Assembly (NCBI RefSeq): GCF_006345805.1
Contig: NC_043001.1
Coordinates: 83,018,001-83,082,000, forward strand
Length of the DNA stretch: 64,000 nt
From: Octopus sinensis
Lineage: Eukaryota
Direction: 5' to 3'
Below the pieces are notes generated by a model. That model was given only the letters and a program-made list of their open reading frames with translations, was not told the origin of the DNA and did no database searches. The translations under genes and the position numbers were made by a program. Shown one piece after another: positions 37,253 to 50,285 of the stretch (position 1 is its first letter; every line of letters starts with the position of its first letter).

Positions 37253-40140
37253 GATACTCCCTCAAACCCATCCAAACAGGAGTACCACCACCCAAACAAA
37301 CCCTGTGGATAGATAACATCCAAAAGAAAATGCAAAAAATGAGAAAAGATCTGTCGATTCTTAATGAAATAAGTAGACAATCAACGCTACTAAGCAACAA
37401 AAAGAAAACAAAAATACTGTGCAAATACAACATCACAGAAAAATATTTACCTGAGATAAAAGAAAAACTAAAGCAAGATATCCTTGCCAAAGCACAAAGG
37501 ATCCGCCGGTATGAGAAACGCCAACGTTTCTACGAACAAAACAAACAGTTCAACTCCAACCCCAAAAAGTTCTACCAAGAACTTGGCAAGAGTAAAATAG
37601 ACATCACTGCAGCACCAACGGCAGAAGAAGTGGAAGAATTCTGGAAAGGAATATGGTCGGCGAATGAACAACCAAAAAAAAAAGGAGTATTAAAACAACA
37701 AACATAGCATCTGAGCAACTTTGGACCCCCATAACAACTGAAGAGGTCACCCAGGCACTGCAAAGACTAAGCAACTGGAAGGCACCTGGGCATGACAAGA
37801 TCCCCAACTTCTGGTTAAAATATCTACCAGGAATGCACAAAAAGCTGGCTGAAAGCTTTAACAACATACTGGCAGAGCCAGAGACAATGCCTGAATGGTT
37901 CACGAAGGGAAAAACCATCTTAATTCCCAAATCCAATGAAACAGTAAAACCACAAAACTACCGACCTATAACCTGTCTCCCTACAATGTACAAAGCATTT
38001 ACTACAGTAATATCACAAAGATTAAACAAGCACCTGGACGAAAACAACCTGTTTCCAGAAGAGCAGAAAGGATGCCTCAAAGGCTCATACGGCTGTAAAG
38101 ATCAACTAATGATCAATAAAGCCATAACTGAAGACAGCCACAGAAAGAAGAAAGGCCTCAGTATGGCCTGGATCGACTACAGAACGGCGTTTGGTAGCAT
38201 CCCCCACACATGGATCCTCGAAACACTAGCCATTAACAAAGTAGCACCAACAATTATAAAATACATAGGACACTCTATGAATAAATGGCAAACAGTGCTA
38301 CAGCTTTTAAACAAAAGAGGGACTCATGAAAACCAAAGACATCCCCATTAGAAGAGGAATATTCCAGGGTGACACGCTCTCTCCACTCTTGTCTGCTTGG
38401 CACTGTCACCTCTATCTGATATGCTAAATAGAACTGGATGCGGATATAAATGTTACGGCAAAACGATCAGCCACCTTTTATATATGGATGACCTAAAACT
38501 ATACGCTGCAAATGACAAACAGCTGGAAACACTACAAAAGACAGTTCATGGATTTACCAAAGAAATAGATATGAAATTTGGATTAGAAAAATGCGCCAAA
38601 GTAACCCTGAAAAGATGAAAACTAGTTAAGAGTAGCAACATCACACTAGATAAAACCAATGAAATAAAAGAATTAGACCAAAGCCAAACTTACAAATACT
38701 TAGGAATCCACGAACTAGATAAGATACAACACACACAAATGAAAGAGAAAATAAAAAAAAAAGAATATTATAGACGAGTTAGATCAATACTAAAATCAGA
38801 GCTCAATGCTAAAAACAAGATAATAGGTATTAACACTTTAGCCGTCCCAGTTATAAGTTACAGCTACAATATCTTTAACTGGACACTAAATGAACTGACC
38901 AAAATAGACAGGAAAACAAGAAAAATAATGACAGGATCTAGGATGCATCACCCAAAATCTGACATAGAAAGACTATATATACAACGTATAGAAGGTGGTA
39001 GAGGCCTTATACAGCTGGAAAACTATTATAAAATAACCACCATAGGACTGCAAAAATATCTACTTCAGAAGGAAGGAAAACTGATACAAATAGCGGCAAA
39101 ACACGAGCAAAACAAAAAATTGTTCTCAGTATTTAAGGAAGCTGACAAATACAAACAAGAAATCATACCACCTAACAAATATGAAGAAGAAGAAGATGAA
39201 AAAACAACAAAAGCTATAAAACAAATGAAATCCAAACTAAAAATAGAACAGCAACGAACCATGATGAAACGATGGCAAGAAAAGCCCCTTCATGGCAAAT
39301 ACTGGACTAAACTAAATGCAAAAGAAGTAGACAAAGAAAAATCCTAGCAATGGTTGAGAAGCTCAGGACTCAAAGCAGAGACAGGGGGATTTTTAATTGC
39401 AGCACAAGACCAAAGCCTCCCCACCAGAAATTACCAAAAACATGTAATGAAAGGAAATATAACAAGTAACTGCAGAATATGTGGAGATGGATAAGAAACA
39501 ATAAGTCATATCATCTCTGGCTGCCCAGTCCTGGCTAAGAAGGAATATATTCACAGACACGACAGAGTTGGGACCTACATACACTGGAAGCTATGCGAAC
39601 ATAATGGAATAACAACAGAAAAAAGATGGTATAGGCACACACCAGAAAAGGTCACAGAAAACGAGAAAGCAGCCATACTCTGGGATATGCCGATACACAC
39701 AGATAGAGAAATTAAGGCCAACAGACCAGATATAGTTGTCAGAGATCATGAAGAAAAAAAATGCTTTTTAATTGATGTATCAATACCAGCAGATGACAAC
39801 GTGTTTCTAAAAGAAATGGAGAAACTTTCAAAATACAAAGACCTGGAAATAGAGGTAACCAGAATGTGGACTCTAAAAACAGAAATAATTCTTATCATAG
39901 TTGGTGCATTAGGCATGATAAAAAAATACTCAGACAAATACATAACAAAAACACCAGGACTTACAAACACATATAACATACAGAAAATTGCACTACTAGG
40001 CACTGCACACATCCTACGCAGAACACCTTCCATACAATAACCATCAGAGCATCACAACAAATCACAGTACATACCCAAGGCACACAGAGCTGCGCTCGGT
40101 AGCGAAGTGAAAGTACGCTATAAAAATAAAACTACTGAAT
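37251..40140 (+). mobile_element. 5'-truncated Dong/R4-like RLE non-LTR retrotransposon inserted in a (TAA)n array
   Basis: RT motifs NWKAPGHDKIPNFWLK, NYRPITCL, EQKGC, AWIDY, RRGIFQGD, YMDDLKLYA, FGLEKCA and YKYLG; CRICGDG*ETISHIISGC knuckle, RHD, NRPDIV...IDVSIPAD, IIVGALG. Several stops and frameshifts; (TAA)n on both sides. Confidence 0.95.
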
Positions 40141-40161
40141 AATAACAACAACAACAACAAC

Positions 40162-40221
<60 letters not shown>

Positions 40222-40223
<2 letters not shown>

Positions 40224-40765
40224 TTGCCCCGATGCAGTTCCAGTCAGTGGCTCTCATGGATGCTGATCTTAACTGATTGGGGGTGTCATCATGTACATTA
40301 TTTTGTCTTGGTATAAAAGATAGGCTACAGTAAATACCACAGATTTGCTTGTCAATAGTTTGACCATAATCAGTTGACCATGTCCCTTAGTAGCTGACGA
40401 TATGTGCACATCTGATCACGAGTTGAAGTAGTGGGAGAGTATCATAGAAAGGAATTCTTAGAGGTTTGGATAATTCACCTCTGGAAACATGGGTGTTTCG
40501 TTCAACATCCTTAAACAACCCTTATTCAGGGACCGTTTGAGCGGGATGGGCTACTCAACCTGAAGAAAATTCTAACTGGGCCCCACCTGCAAGGTCATGT
40601 GCTGTTTATCTTGATATGAGATCACCGTGTCGCGCACATGTGGTTGTGATGCATGTGCCTGGTGTACCCTTATCAGACGGGTAGTCATGATGGGTATACT
40701 GGGCTTCGTATATTTTACCCCGGTGTCACTTTGATGGCATGCGCTGCTCTCTCACTCACTGATAA
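40222..40765 (+). mobile_element. ~540-bp non-coding element flanked by (TAA)n (non-autonomous retroelement or LINE 3' UTR)
   Basis: Complex non-coding block TTGCCCCGATGCAG...CTCTCTCACTCACT, followed by GATAATAATAATAAT and preceded by a TAA array. The retroelement identity is inferred. Confidence 0.5.
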
Positions 40766-40769
40766 TAAT

Positions 40770-41660
40770 AATAATGATGGTGGTGGTGGTGGTGAGCAGG
40801 AGGAGGAGGAGAGGAAGAAGAGGTGGAGGAGGAAGTGGAGCGGAAGAGGGGAGGAGAATGGGGGGTAGGAGAGGAGAAGGTGGAGAAGGACGGCAGTGGA
40901 GGAGGAGAAGAGGGGGAGGAGGAGGGGAGAAAGGAGGAGAAAGAGGAGGGGGGATACTAATATCAATACTGATACTAATGAAAACGACAACAGCAGAAAC
41001 AAGAACAACAAGGATATTCGAAAAAATATTGACAGTATTCACCAAAAAATGCGGAGAACTATCATTAAATATTGCAAGAACTGTATTATTAACATCAGTT
41101 ACAATAAGAACAACAACAACAGCAGCAGAAACGACAACAATATCAAATACATTTCACGATTGCAGTGACAACAGTATGAACATCGATGATAATAACGATA
41201 ACAGTTATAAAAGCAAAAAAAAAAAAATAGCAGTCACAGAAAGTATTCATTGACCCTAACTGTAATAGCAACAACAATAACCACCGATAGCAACTGCAAC
41301 GGCAATGGCGGGGGAATAAGAGAAAAAATTTAATAATAATATTGGTGACCACAGCAACAACAATAACAACAACAACAACAACAACAACATCAACAACGGA
41401 AGCGGTTATAATTGCAACAAAAACAATAACTATGCAATTACGTTAGGAAGAAGAGCAACAACGGTAATGGTATCAATAACAATTGCAATAGCAACGGCGG
41501 TAATAAAAATGAAGGCAACTATAATATCAATACCCACAATAGCAACAACAACAACAACAACATGAAGATCTACAGCGCAGCCATGAGAACGGTGTACAAG
41601 CACGGAAAAACAACAAAGACTATAATAAATGACAATAATAACATCATGAATGTGCCAAAC
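40770..41660. repeat. GGA- and AAC/AAT-rich low-complexity tract
   Basis: Direct reading. Confidence 0.8.
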
Positions 41661-42086
41661 TGGCGTGTGCGACAATTTCCAATCGCTGCTTTAACACACG
41701 AGTCACTGCACCGTAGTGCATTCTACTGCAGAATGTGCAGTTTCCTTGTAGTTTGCTCCGTTCACGTTAATCGTACAGTGCCCCCCTCACTTCCACTCCC
41801 AACGTCAACCAAGCAAAGCTGATAAACATGACGTAAAAGTGAAAGTAGAGAATATTGTCCGTAGTGAACAAGTTCAATGTGTGAAGGGAATCGTGATGAG
41901 AAAAATGGATGCAGCAGCGTGATTGTGCATGTGTATGCAAGTGCATATAAGTGCATAAATGTTGTTGTGTGCATGTATGTATCTGTATGAATGCATGTGG
42001 TTGCGCGCGCGAACGTGTGTTGTTATGTATATTTCAGTCTCTATACGTTTATATCTTAGAAAATATTCTGTGTACGTTTGCGTGCA

Positions 42087-42119
<33 letters not shown>

Positions 42120-43030
42120 CTCTGTGTCTGTGTCTGTGAGTGTGTGTCCGTGTGTGTGTGTGTCTGTTAGTAAGTATATGTGTGTCATCTTATTTAGATT
42201 CTATTTCTCTTTTTGTGTGTTTTAATCAATATTCTTTCCAGTTTTCTATCTTTCTTTCTTTTTTCTTTCTTTGTCTTTCTGTCTCCCCCCTCTCTCCCTC
42301 TCTTTCTTCTATCTCTGTGTGTATATCTATGTAAGTATGCGCGTCTATGTTTATGTTTACCGATAAGCAAATGACACTATTTCGGTGTCATTATGTGCTT
42401 GATTGAATGAGTGATTGAGTGAGTGTATATGTGTGTGCGTGTATGTGTGTGTAGTGTGTGTGTGCGTATGTGTGTGTAGTGTGTGTCTGTGCGTGTGTGT
42501 GTATGTGCGCGCGTGCACGTGTGTGTGAGTATATTTGATTCTATTTTTCCAATTTCTCATAAATTGAGGAAGAGCTAGTTTGAAACCTAGAAACAAGTCT
42601 CTTTTATTTTATTGGAATTTAGATACCAACAGGGTAGATATGCATGCTCTCCTGTATGAATGTACACACGAATGCAATCATATAAGCAATCATGTATATA
42701 CATAAGTATGTGTAGGGTCATACACGACTGCATGACAAGGATGTCATCACATATGTGGATCTTATTACTTGCTAAATTTCTTATATGTCTCACATATTTT
42801 GACGATACTATTACCAGCTTTCAACTGTAATCTGATTGGAAATATTCTACTTGGTTTTGTGAAACATATTAACGATTGATTCTAAGGTAGTTGGTCACTG
42901 AGGTAATTTTCCAATAATTATTGGTAAAAATTTAAATTTCGCATAGAATAACTGCATATTTCTCATCAGCTTGGAATCACGCACGTTTTCTATTGCACTA
43001 ATCTTTGACTTCATATTAGCATCTGCTTTG

Positions 43031-43255
43031 AAGGCAGTGAGCTGGCAGAATCGTTAACGTGTCCGACAAAATACTTAGCAGCATTTCTTCTAGCTCTATA
43101 ATTCCGGTTCTGGGTTCAAATCCTGCCAAGGTCGACTTAGCGTTTCATCCTTTCGTGGTCGATAAAATAAGTACCAGTTGAGCACTAAGGTTGATGTAAG
43201 GGACATGTCATCTCTGCCCAAAAGTTAGTGGCCTTCTGCCTATAATAGAAATTTA
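43031..43255 (+). mobile_element. SINE family A
   Basis: GAAGGCAGTGAGCTGGCAGAATCGTTAAC...GGGTTCAAATCCTGCCAAGGTCGAC. Confidence 0.8.
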
Positions 43256-43384
43256 TTCTTTTATTATTTTTGCTTCAGTCATTTGACTACGGCCATGCTG
43301 GAGAACCACCTTTAGTCGAACTAACAGGATATTGGACTCTGATAATAAAATACTGATGTTTAAATGAATCTTTTTTTATCTTTT

Positions 43385-43596
43385 TTTGTTTACTTGTTTC
43401 AGTGAATAAACTGCAGCCATGCCGGGGCACCGCCTTACATTTTTAATCAAATGAATCGACTCCAGTACAATTTTTTTAAGCCTGGTAATTATAATATCGG
43501 TCTCTTTTGCCGACCCGCTAAGGTTACGGGGACGCGAACACACCATCAATTGTCTAGTGGTCGTCGGAGACAAGCACCGACACAAAGACACACACA

Positions 43597-43628
<32 letters not shown>

Positions 43629-43795
43629 CGCGCGCGCGCACACTTATGTATATATATATATATGACGGGCTTTTTCAGTATCCGGTTACCAAATCCACTC
43701 ACAAGTCTTTGGTTGGCCCGAGGCTCATGCAGTGGGATTGGAGCCTGAACCATACGGCTGAAAAGCAAGCTTCTTACCGCACAGCCACGCCTGAG
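43385..43795 (-). mobile_element. SINE family B
   Basis: Both halves with an internal CA/TA tract. Confidence 0.8.
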
Positions 43796-43851
43796 CTGGA
43801 TTAAGTCATATTTCTAAAAAGAACACCCTAGCTACAGCATTTATCCATGTC

Positions 43852-44005
43852 TTATTTACTTAATTAAGCTCTTAATTAAGTGACATTTTCTCTTTTATGC
43901 ATATGCAAGTGTGTATGTGTGTGTGTGTTGTGTGTATGTATGAGAGTTGCGTGTGCATACACCTGAATATGAACATACGCGTGCAAATTATTTACTTAAT
44001 TAAGC
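43852..44005. other. Templated insertion flanked by an 18-bp direct repeat
   Basis: TTATTTACTTAATTAAGC occurs at 43852-43869 and 43988-44005. The insert copies 44781-44878 directly and 44901-44943 in inverted orientation. Confidence 0.8.
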
Positions 44006-44342
44006 ACAGAGTATTATCATCTTTTTTTCATTGTTCTCAGTTCTGGATCGTCTTTTTTTGCTTCTCTTCAGCTGTGTCTCTCTCTTTTCCGCTCTGCCTT
44101 GGGATCCCGACTCCAGTTATTTTTAGAGTGTCCTCTCTTCTGTCTTCCTTATGGATTCCAGGTCAGGATGTTGGTTTATTTACTTTTGCCTTGCCGTAAA
44201 CCTTTCCTTTCCTGGTGGAGTCGTAAGGAGCACCGTCGTGTAATACAATATGACTTGGGCATCGGAATTACGCTGAGCCCAAAGCTTTCCAGATCATCGA
44301 GCCTGATGCCAGCTGATTTCTTCCAGAGAGAGAGAGAGCGAA

Positions 44343-44382
<40 letters not shown>

Positions 44383-44481
44383 AGAAAGAGAAAGACAGAG
44401 AAAGAAAGAGAAGACAAATAGACAGACAAACAGACAGACAGAAAGACAAATAGCCAGACAAGCAGACAGACAGATAGAGAC

Positions 44482-44512
<31 letters not shown>

Positions 44513-44530
44513 AATAAAGAAAGAAAGAAA

Positions 44531-44575
<45 letters not shown>

Positions 44576-45900
44576 ATGAAAGAAGTGACCCTAGTCCCGG
44601 AGTCTACTTTATTGACTTCTAAAAGTAAAGTTAACCTTGTCGGGATTTGAACTGAGAACTAGAACAAGCCCCGCAAAGATGTCTTAATGACTCAACTAAT
44701 TAATTATCTTGACTTTCAGCTAATTACTGATATCCATATGTGTGTGTTCTTATACAATATGTGTATGTGTGTATGAATGTGTGACATTATCTCTTTTATG
44801 CATATGCAAGTGTGTGTGTGTGTGTGTGTGTTGTGTGTGTGTATGTGTGTGTGTGTGTATGTATGTATGTATGAGAGTACGTCTCTGTATGCTTGACCAC
44901 ATTTGCACGCGTATGTTCATATTCAGGTGTATGCGCACGCAACACTCGCATATGCACACTCGCTTGCACACTCGCATGCACACTCGCATATGCACACTCG
45001 CATATGCATATAAATATGTGTGTCTACCTGTATATATGTATATATGTATGAATGTATGTCTCTCTATATATATGTGTGAACAATTTCGTATGCAAACATA
45101 CACACGCATGCATACAAATATTTGTGTATGTATGCATGTATATGTGTGTGTATGTGTGTGTTATTTGAATACGCGCTACCCTAAAAAAAAACTAAATAAT
45201 CTTAGTTCAAGCGAACAACTGTTTCCAAAAGTTCACACGCAATCCTTAACTCCGTAAAAAAAAACCCGCGAAAATTATCTTGCAATGTTCCGTTTCTTTA
45301 ATATTCTAACACAGTGGATGACCCCTAGCAGTAATAAAAATTTCACCCGACATTAAACTTTCCAGACCCTTAATATCAAGCTGCGGTCTCCATGGCGACA
45401 TACTCCAGTTTAGAGTGCTCATGCGTAACGACTACCTAGAAGGCTTAGTATGGTTGATAGCATTTCGGTTAAAATGGAAATCATACTTAACCAGCGGTGT
45501 AAAATCGAAACCAGAATCTTTGGGTCAGCAAATATTATCAAGTAATGTAATGGTATTTGTTGTAGCCAGTATATAATTTGGATTTTCTGTTTGTCAATTT
45601 ATTTTCATATTTTGGCAAAGATTTTCTCATAGTCTTCGAATTTTTTTATGTTTTGTCTTTCTCTTACTCTTTCTCTTATCCAGTCTCTCTCTCTCTCTCG
45701 CTCTCTCTCTCTCTCTCATACACATATACACACACAAACACACACACACACACACAACACACGCACACACATGCACACACATATTTATATACAAACATAC
45801 ACACACATACGTTATATATATATATACATGTGTGTGCGTGTATATATATATATATATGTATATACATATATACATATATTATATACATATCATCTATATA

Positions 45901-45945
<45 letters not shown>

Positions 45946-46030
45946 CTTTATTTAAAGCAGCAGAAAATTCAACAAAACCTGAAACTCAGAGTAACAGGTT
46001 TTGTTGAATTTTCTGCTGCTTTAAATAAAG
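45946..46030. repeat. Perfect 36-bp-stem hairpin with a 13-nt loop
   Basis: CTTTATTTAAAGCAGCAGAAAATTCAACAAAACCTG - AAACTCAGAGTAA - CAGGTTTTGTTGAATTTTCTGCTGCTTTAAATAAAG. Confidence 0.95.
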
Positions 46031-46119
46031 CATTTACTCTACCACTGGTATTTGAGTACTCTTTTTTCCACCTTGTTTCACATTTATGTGTTTACTCGGT
46101 AATATATATATTAGGTTCA

Positions 46120-46171
<52 letters not shown>

Positions 46172-46264
46172 ACGGGAAGCTTTATGAAAATAGACAAAAG
46201 ACGAAGGCAGGTGGAAAACAAACAAACAATTGTATTAGTATGGCGCTCAGGAAATATAAATAAA

Positions 46265-47177
46265 CAGGGTCATCCCATAAATAATACAGTTCCTTTATCC
46301 TGTTTTTTTGTTTTCAAAACTAAGATAAACAAAGTTATTTTTTAATTATATAATAGACTCTTCTCCATTTTCTACAATGCTCTTCAGTCTATCTGGTAAA
46401 CCTGCAAGGCCTTCTTCCAAAATTTCACTTGTCCGCGACGAAAAATACTCCCCAAGTATTGTTCTGACCTCGTCTACAGAAATCTTTCCGTCCTAATGAT
46501 TTTGAAGACTGCGGAATGAATGATAATCAGGTGGGGGCAATGTCCGGTGGGTGGGACATTGTTTCCCATTTAAACTGCTCTAGCCTTTGGAATGTTATCC
46601 TCGCTGTATGTGGCCAAGCATTATCCTGATAGAAAAACACTTTTCGTCTTGAAACCAAAGATGGTCATTTTTCTTCTATCACAGGGTGTCGATGAGTGGT
46701 TGAATGGCCAAATCCAAGCTTCTCTGCTAGTTCCTCAAAAGTTATGATGGGATTTTGTTCCACCAAGGTTTGCAGGACGTCCTCGTCGAGCTCTACAGAT
46801 ATTCCGCGATGAAGCTCATCTTCTAGGCTGTAGTTTCCGGCTCGGAATTTCTGGAACCACCGTTAACACTGACTCACGCTTATTGTCCGATCCCCATACA
46901 CTGCATTAATATTCCCCGCACTTTCCGTTGCGTCGTGGCCTTTATTGACCTCATAATGCAAAACATGCCGAATATGTTTCTTTGTCACTTTCATTATAGC
47001 TTTGAAAAAATAACTGTTAAAATCAAACTGCACTCTTGAAAACTTACACTAAGAATAAGGACAAGATAAAATTACTACCTACTTTTATAGCAAGTTGATG
47101 CAGGGAGTTTATCCCGTCTCCCTCCGACTTTTAGTTCATGCAATTGAAAAAACCGCATTATCTGTAGGATCACCCAA
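46265..47177 (-). mobile_element. Internally deleted mariner transposon
   Basis: Minus strand reads IRHVLHYEVNKGHDATESA...RWFQKFRAGNYSLEDE...EELAEKLG, then jumps to FYQDNAWPHTA...DIAP.DYH. Imperfect TIRs CAGGGTCATCCCATAAATAATACAGTT and TTGGGTGATCCTACAGATAATGCGGTT. Confidence 0.85.
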
Positions 47178-47180
47178 TAT

Positions 47181-47228
<48 letters not shown>

Positions 47229-47469
47229 GAAATGAAGAAAATGCTGACAAAATAATTTAAGTAAGGGAGAGTGTATTTAATTAGGTGAAAGTTCTTTTTA
47301 CCGGTTGCGCATTTGTTATGCTTATCAAAAGATATTTTGAGTGAGATAGAGTTCCTTTCTGATTGATTTTTTTCTCTCATATATATATATTCAACGATTA
47401 TTGAAAAGGTTACAAGACGCAACGAAAATTTTAGAAGAAATAAATATATATTTGTATGTATATTACGCA

Positions 47470-47846
47470 AGTGTGACTGAATGGTAAGAAGGTAGCTTCC
47501 TGACCACATGGTCCCGGGTTCAGTTTCTCTGCGTTACATGTTGGGCAAGCGTCTTCTTCTATAGCCTCGGGTCAACCCAAGCCTTGTGAGTGAAACTGGT
47601 AGACGGAAACTGAAAGAAGCTTATTATATTTATTTTTTACTTGTGACAGTAATTTTCACTGCGGCCAAGCTGGAGCACCGCCTTTAGTCGAACAAATCAT
47701 CGACCCCTGTACTTATTCTTTGTAAGCCTAGTACTTATTCTATCGGTGTCTTTTGCCGAACCGCTAAGTTACGGAGACATAAACACACCAACATCAGTTG
47801 TCAAGCGATGGTGGCGGGAGAAGCACAGACACATAAACACACACAC

Positions 47847-47933
<87 letters not shown>

Positions 47934-48090
47934 CGGGCTTCTTACAGTTTCCGTCCACCAAATCCACTCACAAGTCTTTGGTCGGCCCGCGGCTATAGTA
48001 GAAGACACTTGCCCAACGTGTCATGCTGTGGGACTGAAACCGGAACCATGCGGTTGGAAAGCAAGCTTCTTACCACACAGCCACTCCTGA
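47470..48090. mobile_element. SINE family B 5' half (+, 47470-47622) facing a full-length minus copy (47635-48090)
   Basis: GGTAAGAAGGTAGCTTCC...GGTAGACGGAAACTGAAAGAAGC on plus; the reverse-complement copy ends at CTTACCACACAGCCACTCCTG. Confidence 0.85.
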
Positions 48091-48102
48091 TATATATATA
48101 TA

Positions 48103-48487
48103 CTAGCAGTATCGCCCGGCGTTGCTCAGGTTTGTAAGGGAAATAACTATAAAGCATTTTTAGAGAGTTATAGCCAAAAAATAGCCAAAAAATGGAAAAA
48201 AATGATGGTAAATTTTTTTTGATAGTTAAAAAAGGATGGAGTTGCGTCCCCTAGACAGTTTGTGGTTCGTGTTTCTGATTCTCGACCCCATGTCGAATTT
48301 ATCGATTTTTTTCAGAACTGGGGAAACTTTTCAAAATTTTGTCTGCGTTAGTTTTGAATTATGACATTGGGCTATGTGTGTGTCAAGTTTCATCAGAATC
48401 GGTTGAAAGCCGTGGTCAGGGTGAGGGTACAAGCAAACAGACACACAGAAACACGCACAGACAAACTGCCGTTTATATATAGAGAGA
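48103..48487 (-). mobile_element. Non-autonomous Helitron-like element
   Basis: On the minus strand it starts A|TC...TATATATAAAC and ends with hairpin CCTGAGCAACGCCGGG followed by CGATACTG-CTAG|T. Confidence 0.7.
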
Positions 48488-48653
48488 TATATATATTTCA
48501 CAGATGAGATCCAGAGATTCTCCATATAGAAGACATGACTAGTGCTCAAATGAGTCAAACTTAAGACACCGATGTCTTTACAGGGGACCGATTGCACAAG
48601 GTAAAGAAAGGTTATCAGAGAGATCAAGTTGAGCAGATATGTAGGCAATTGTG

Positions 48654-49107
48654 CGGATAAGCAAATTCGATACATTAAATATATTAAATATTTTAGATAT
48701 ATTATATATAAGACATAATAGCTGGGGTATGAAATACAAAATATGTACATATGTAATCGTACAAATCGAGGGAAAGCAAAAGGTGAAGACTCTCTGATGA
48801 TGATTTTGTAAAGTATAGATATATAGATATTTATATGAAATAGGCCTGACTTACACAGAGTACAAATGACAGAAAAAATTGAATTATAACACCTTTCTTC
48901 TGCTCCTTTAATTTTTTCTGTCGTTTGTGCTCTGTATAAGCTGGACCTATTAATATAAATATCTATATTTATCATCTGAAAGACTCCACCTTTTGCTTTA
49001 TCTCGTTTTGCCTGAATACTTGTACATATTTTGTATTTCATGCCTAAATTATTATAATTAATAATTGATATATGTAATATATTTAATGTATCTAATTTGC
49101 TTATCCG
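48654..49107. repeat. Diverged foldback (~200-230-bp arms, 29-nt loop)
   Basis: CGGATAAGCAAATT...TATGAAATACAAAATATGTACA...GACAGAAAAAATT (48654-48880) versus AATTTTTTCTGTC...TGTACATATTTTGTATTTCAT...AATTTGCTTATCCG (48910-49107). Confidence 0.85.
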
Positions 49108-49615
49108 TATCATTGACTCTCTACTTTTCTTCTCTGTCTATCTGTCTCTCTCAGTATGTGTGTGAGTGTGTGTCTGTGTGTGTACACATATTTCATTGTA
49201 TTTTTCGAAGGGCGTCGTGCCAGTAAATAATACGCACGCTGGATCTATTTCACTACTTTATGATTCGCCATTGGTTAAGTGAACTAATTATCTAAGTAAT
49301 TGTTTGTTTAATCATTCGATTAATCAGTCAATTAGTTATGTTTATTAAAGTCCTAATGTAGCCATTCTTTCAATGACATACCCTCTCTGCTCCAGATCAG
49401 CTCCAAGCCTGCCAGTCTTAGAGTTTAGGTTTTATATTTATGCAGGTTGTGAGTGAGAATATATGTGAGAAGGGAGGAACGGAGAAAAATTGTATGCGTC
49501 TATGTTGTATATATTGTTAACAATATATATATATATATCTGTCTGTCTATCTGCCTGTTTGTCTGTCTAACTATCTGTCTATGTGTGTATGTATGTATGT
49601 ATGTATGTCTGTATG

Positions 49616-49709
<94 letters not shown>

Positions 49710-50240
49710 GATGTCTGTCAGTTTATCTGTATGTGTGCGTGTGTATGCGTGTGTACGCGAATAGATGAAACCCCATAAATTTTGATTGCCATCGCACACC
49801 ATTCAAGGCATGGTTTCGATCCTTGATTGTGGCTACCCACTACAATTTTCTCATTAATATCCCTGTAAGAGTGTCCTAACTGTCACGAGATATCAGTTCA
49901 CTCTTCTATTATGAATACATCTAAGGACATTTTGCTTATATCCATACATTGCTGCCAGTGACCCTCTTCTATTTAACATATAACCTTTAGCTTACCATTG
50001 TGTTTACCCATAAGATTACCTTGTTTGTGTATTGTGTGTATGTGTGTCACTAAGTCTATAGTCTTTCATCTGACTTCATATCTAAGGTACACGCAACCCA
50101 CCCACTTCATTCACTCCGTCTTCCATCTATCTCCTTGACAAGGACACTGAATCGAATACTGAGATAAGGCACGATTATCACATGACACACCATGTACACT
50201 TTCCCCCACACATAAATATATATATATACATTATATATAT

Positions 50241-50285
<45 letters not shown>

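Noticed and set aside
48331-49113. 260-aa minus-strand ORF, the longest in the track
   Set aside because: It crosses a foldback and a Helitron-like element; the composition is non-protein-like and no motif is recognisable.
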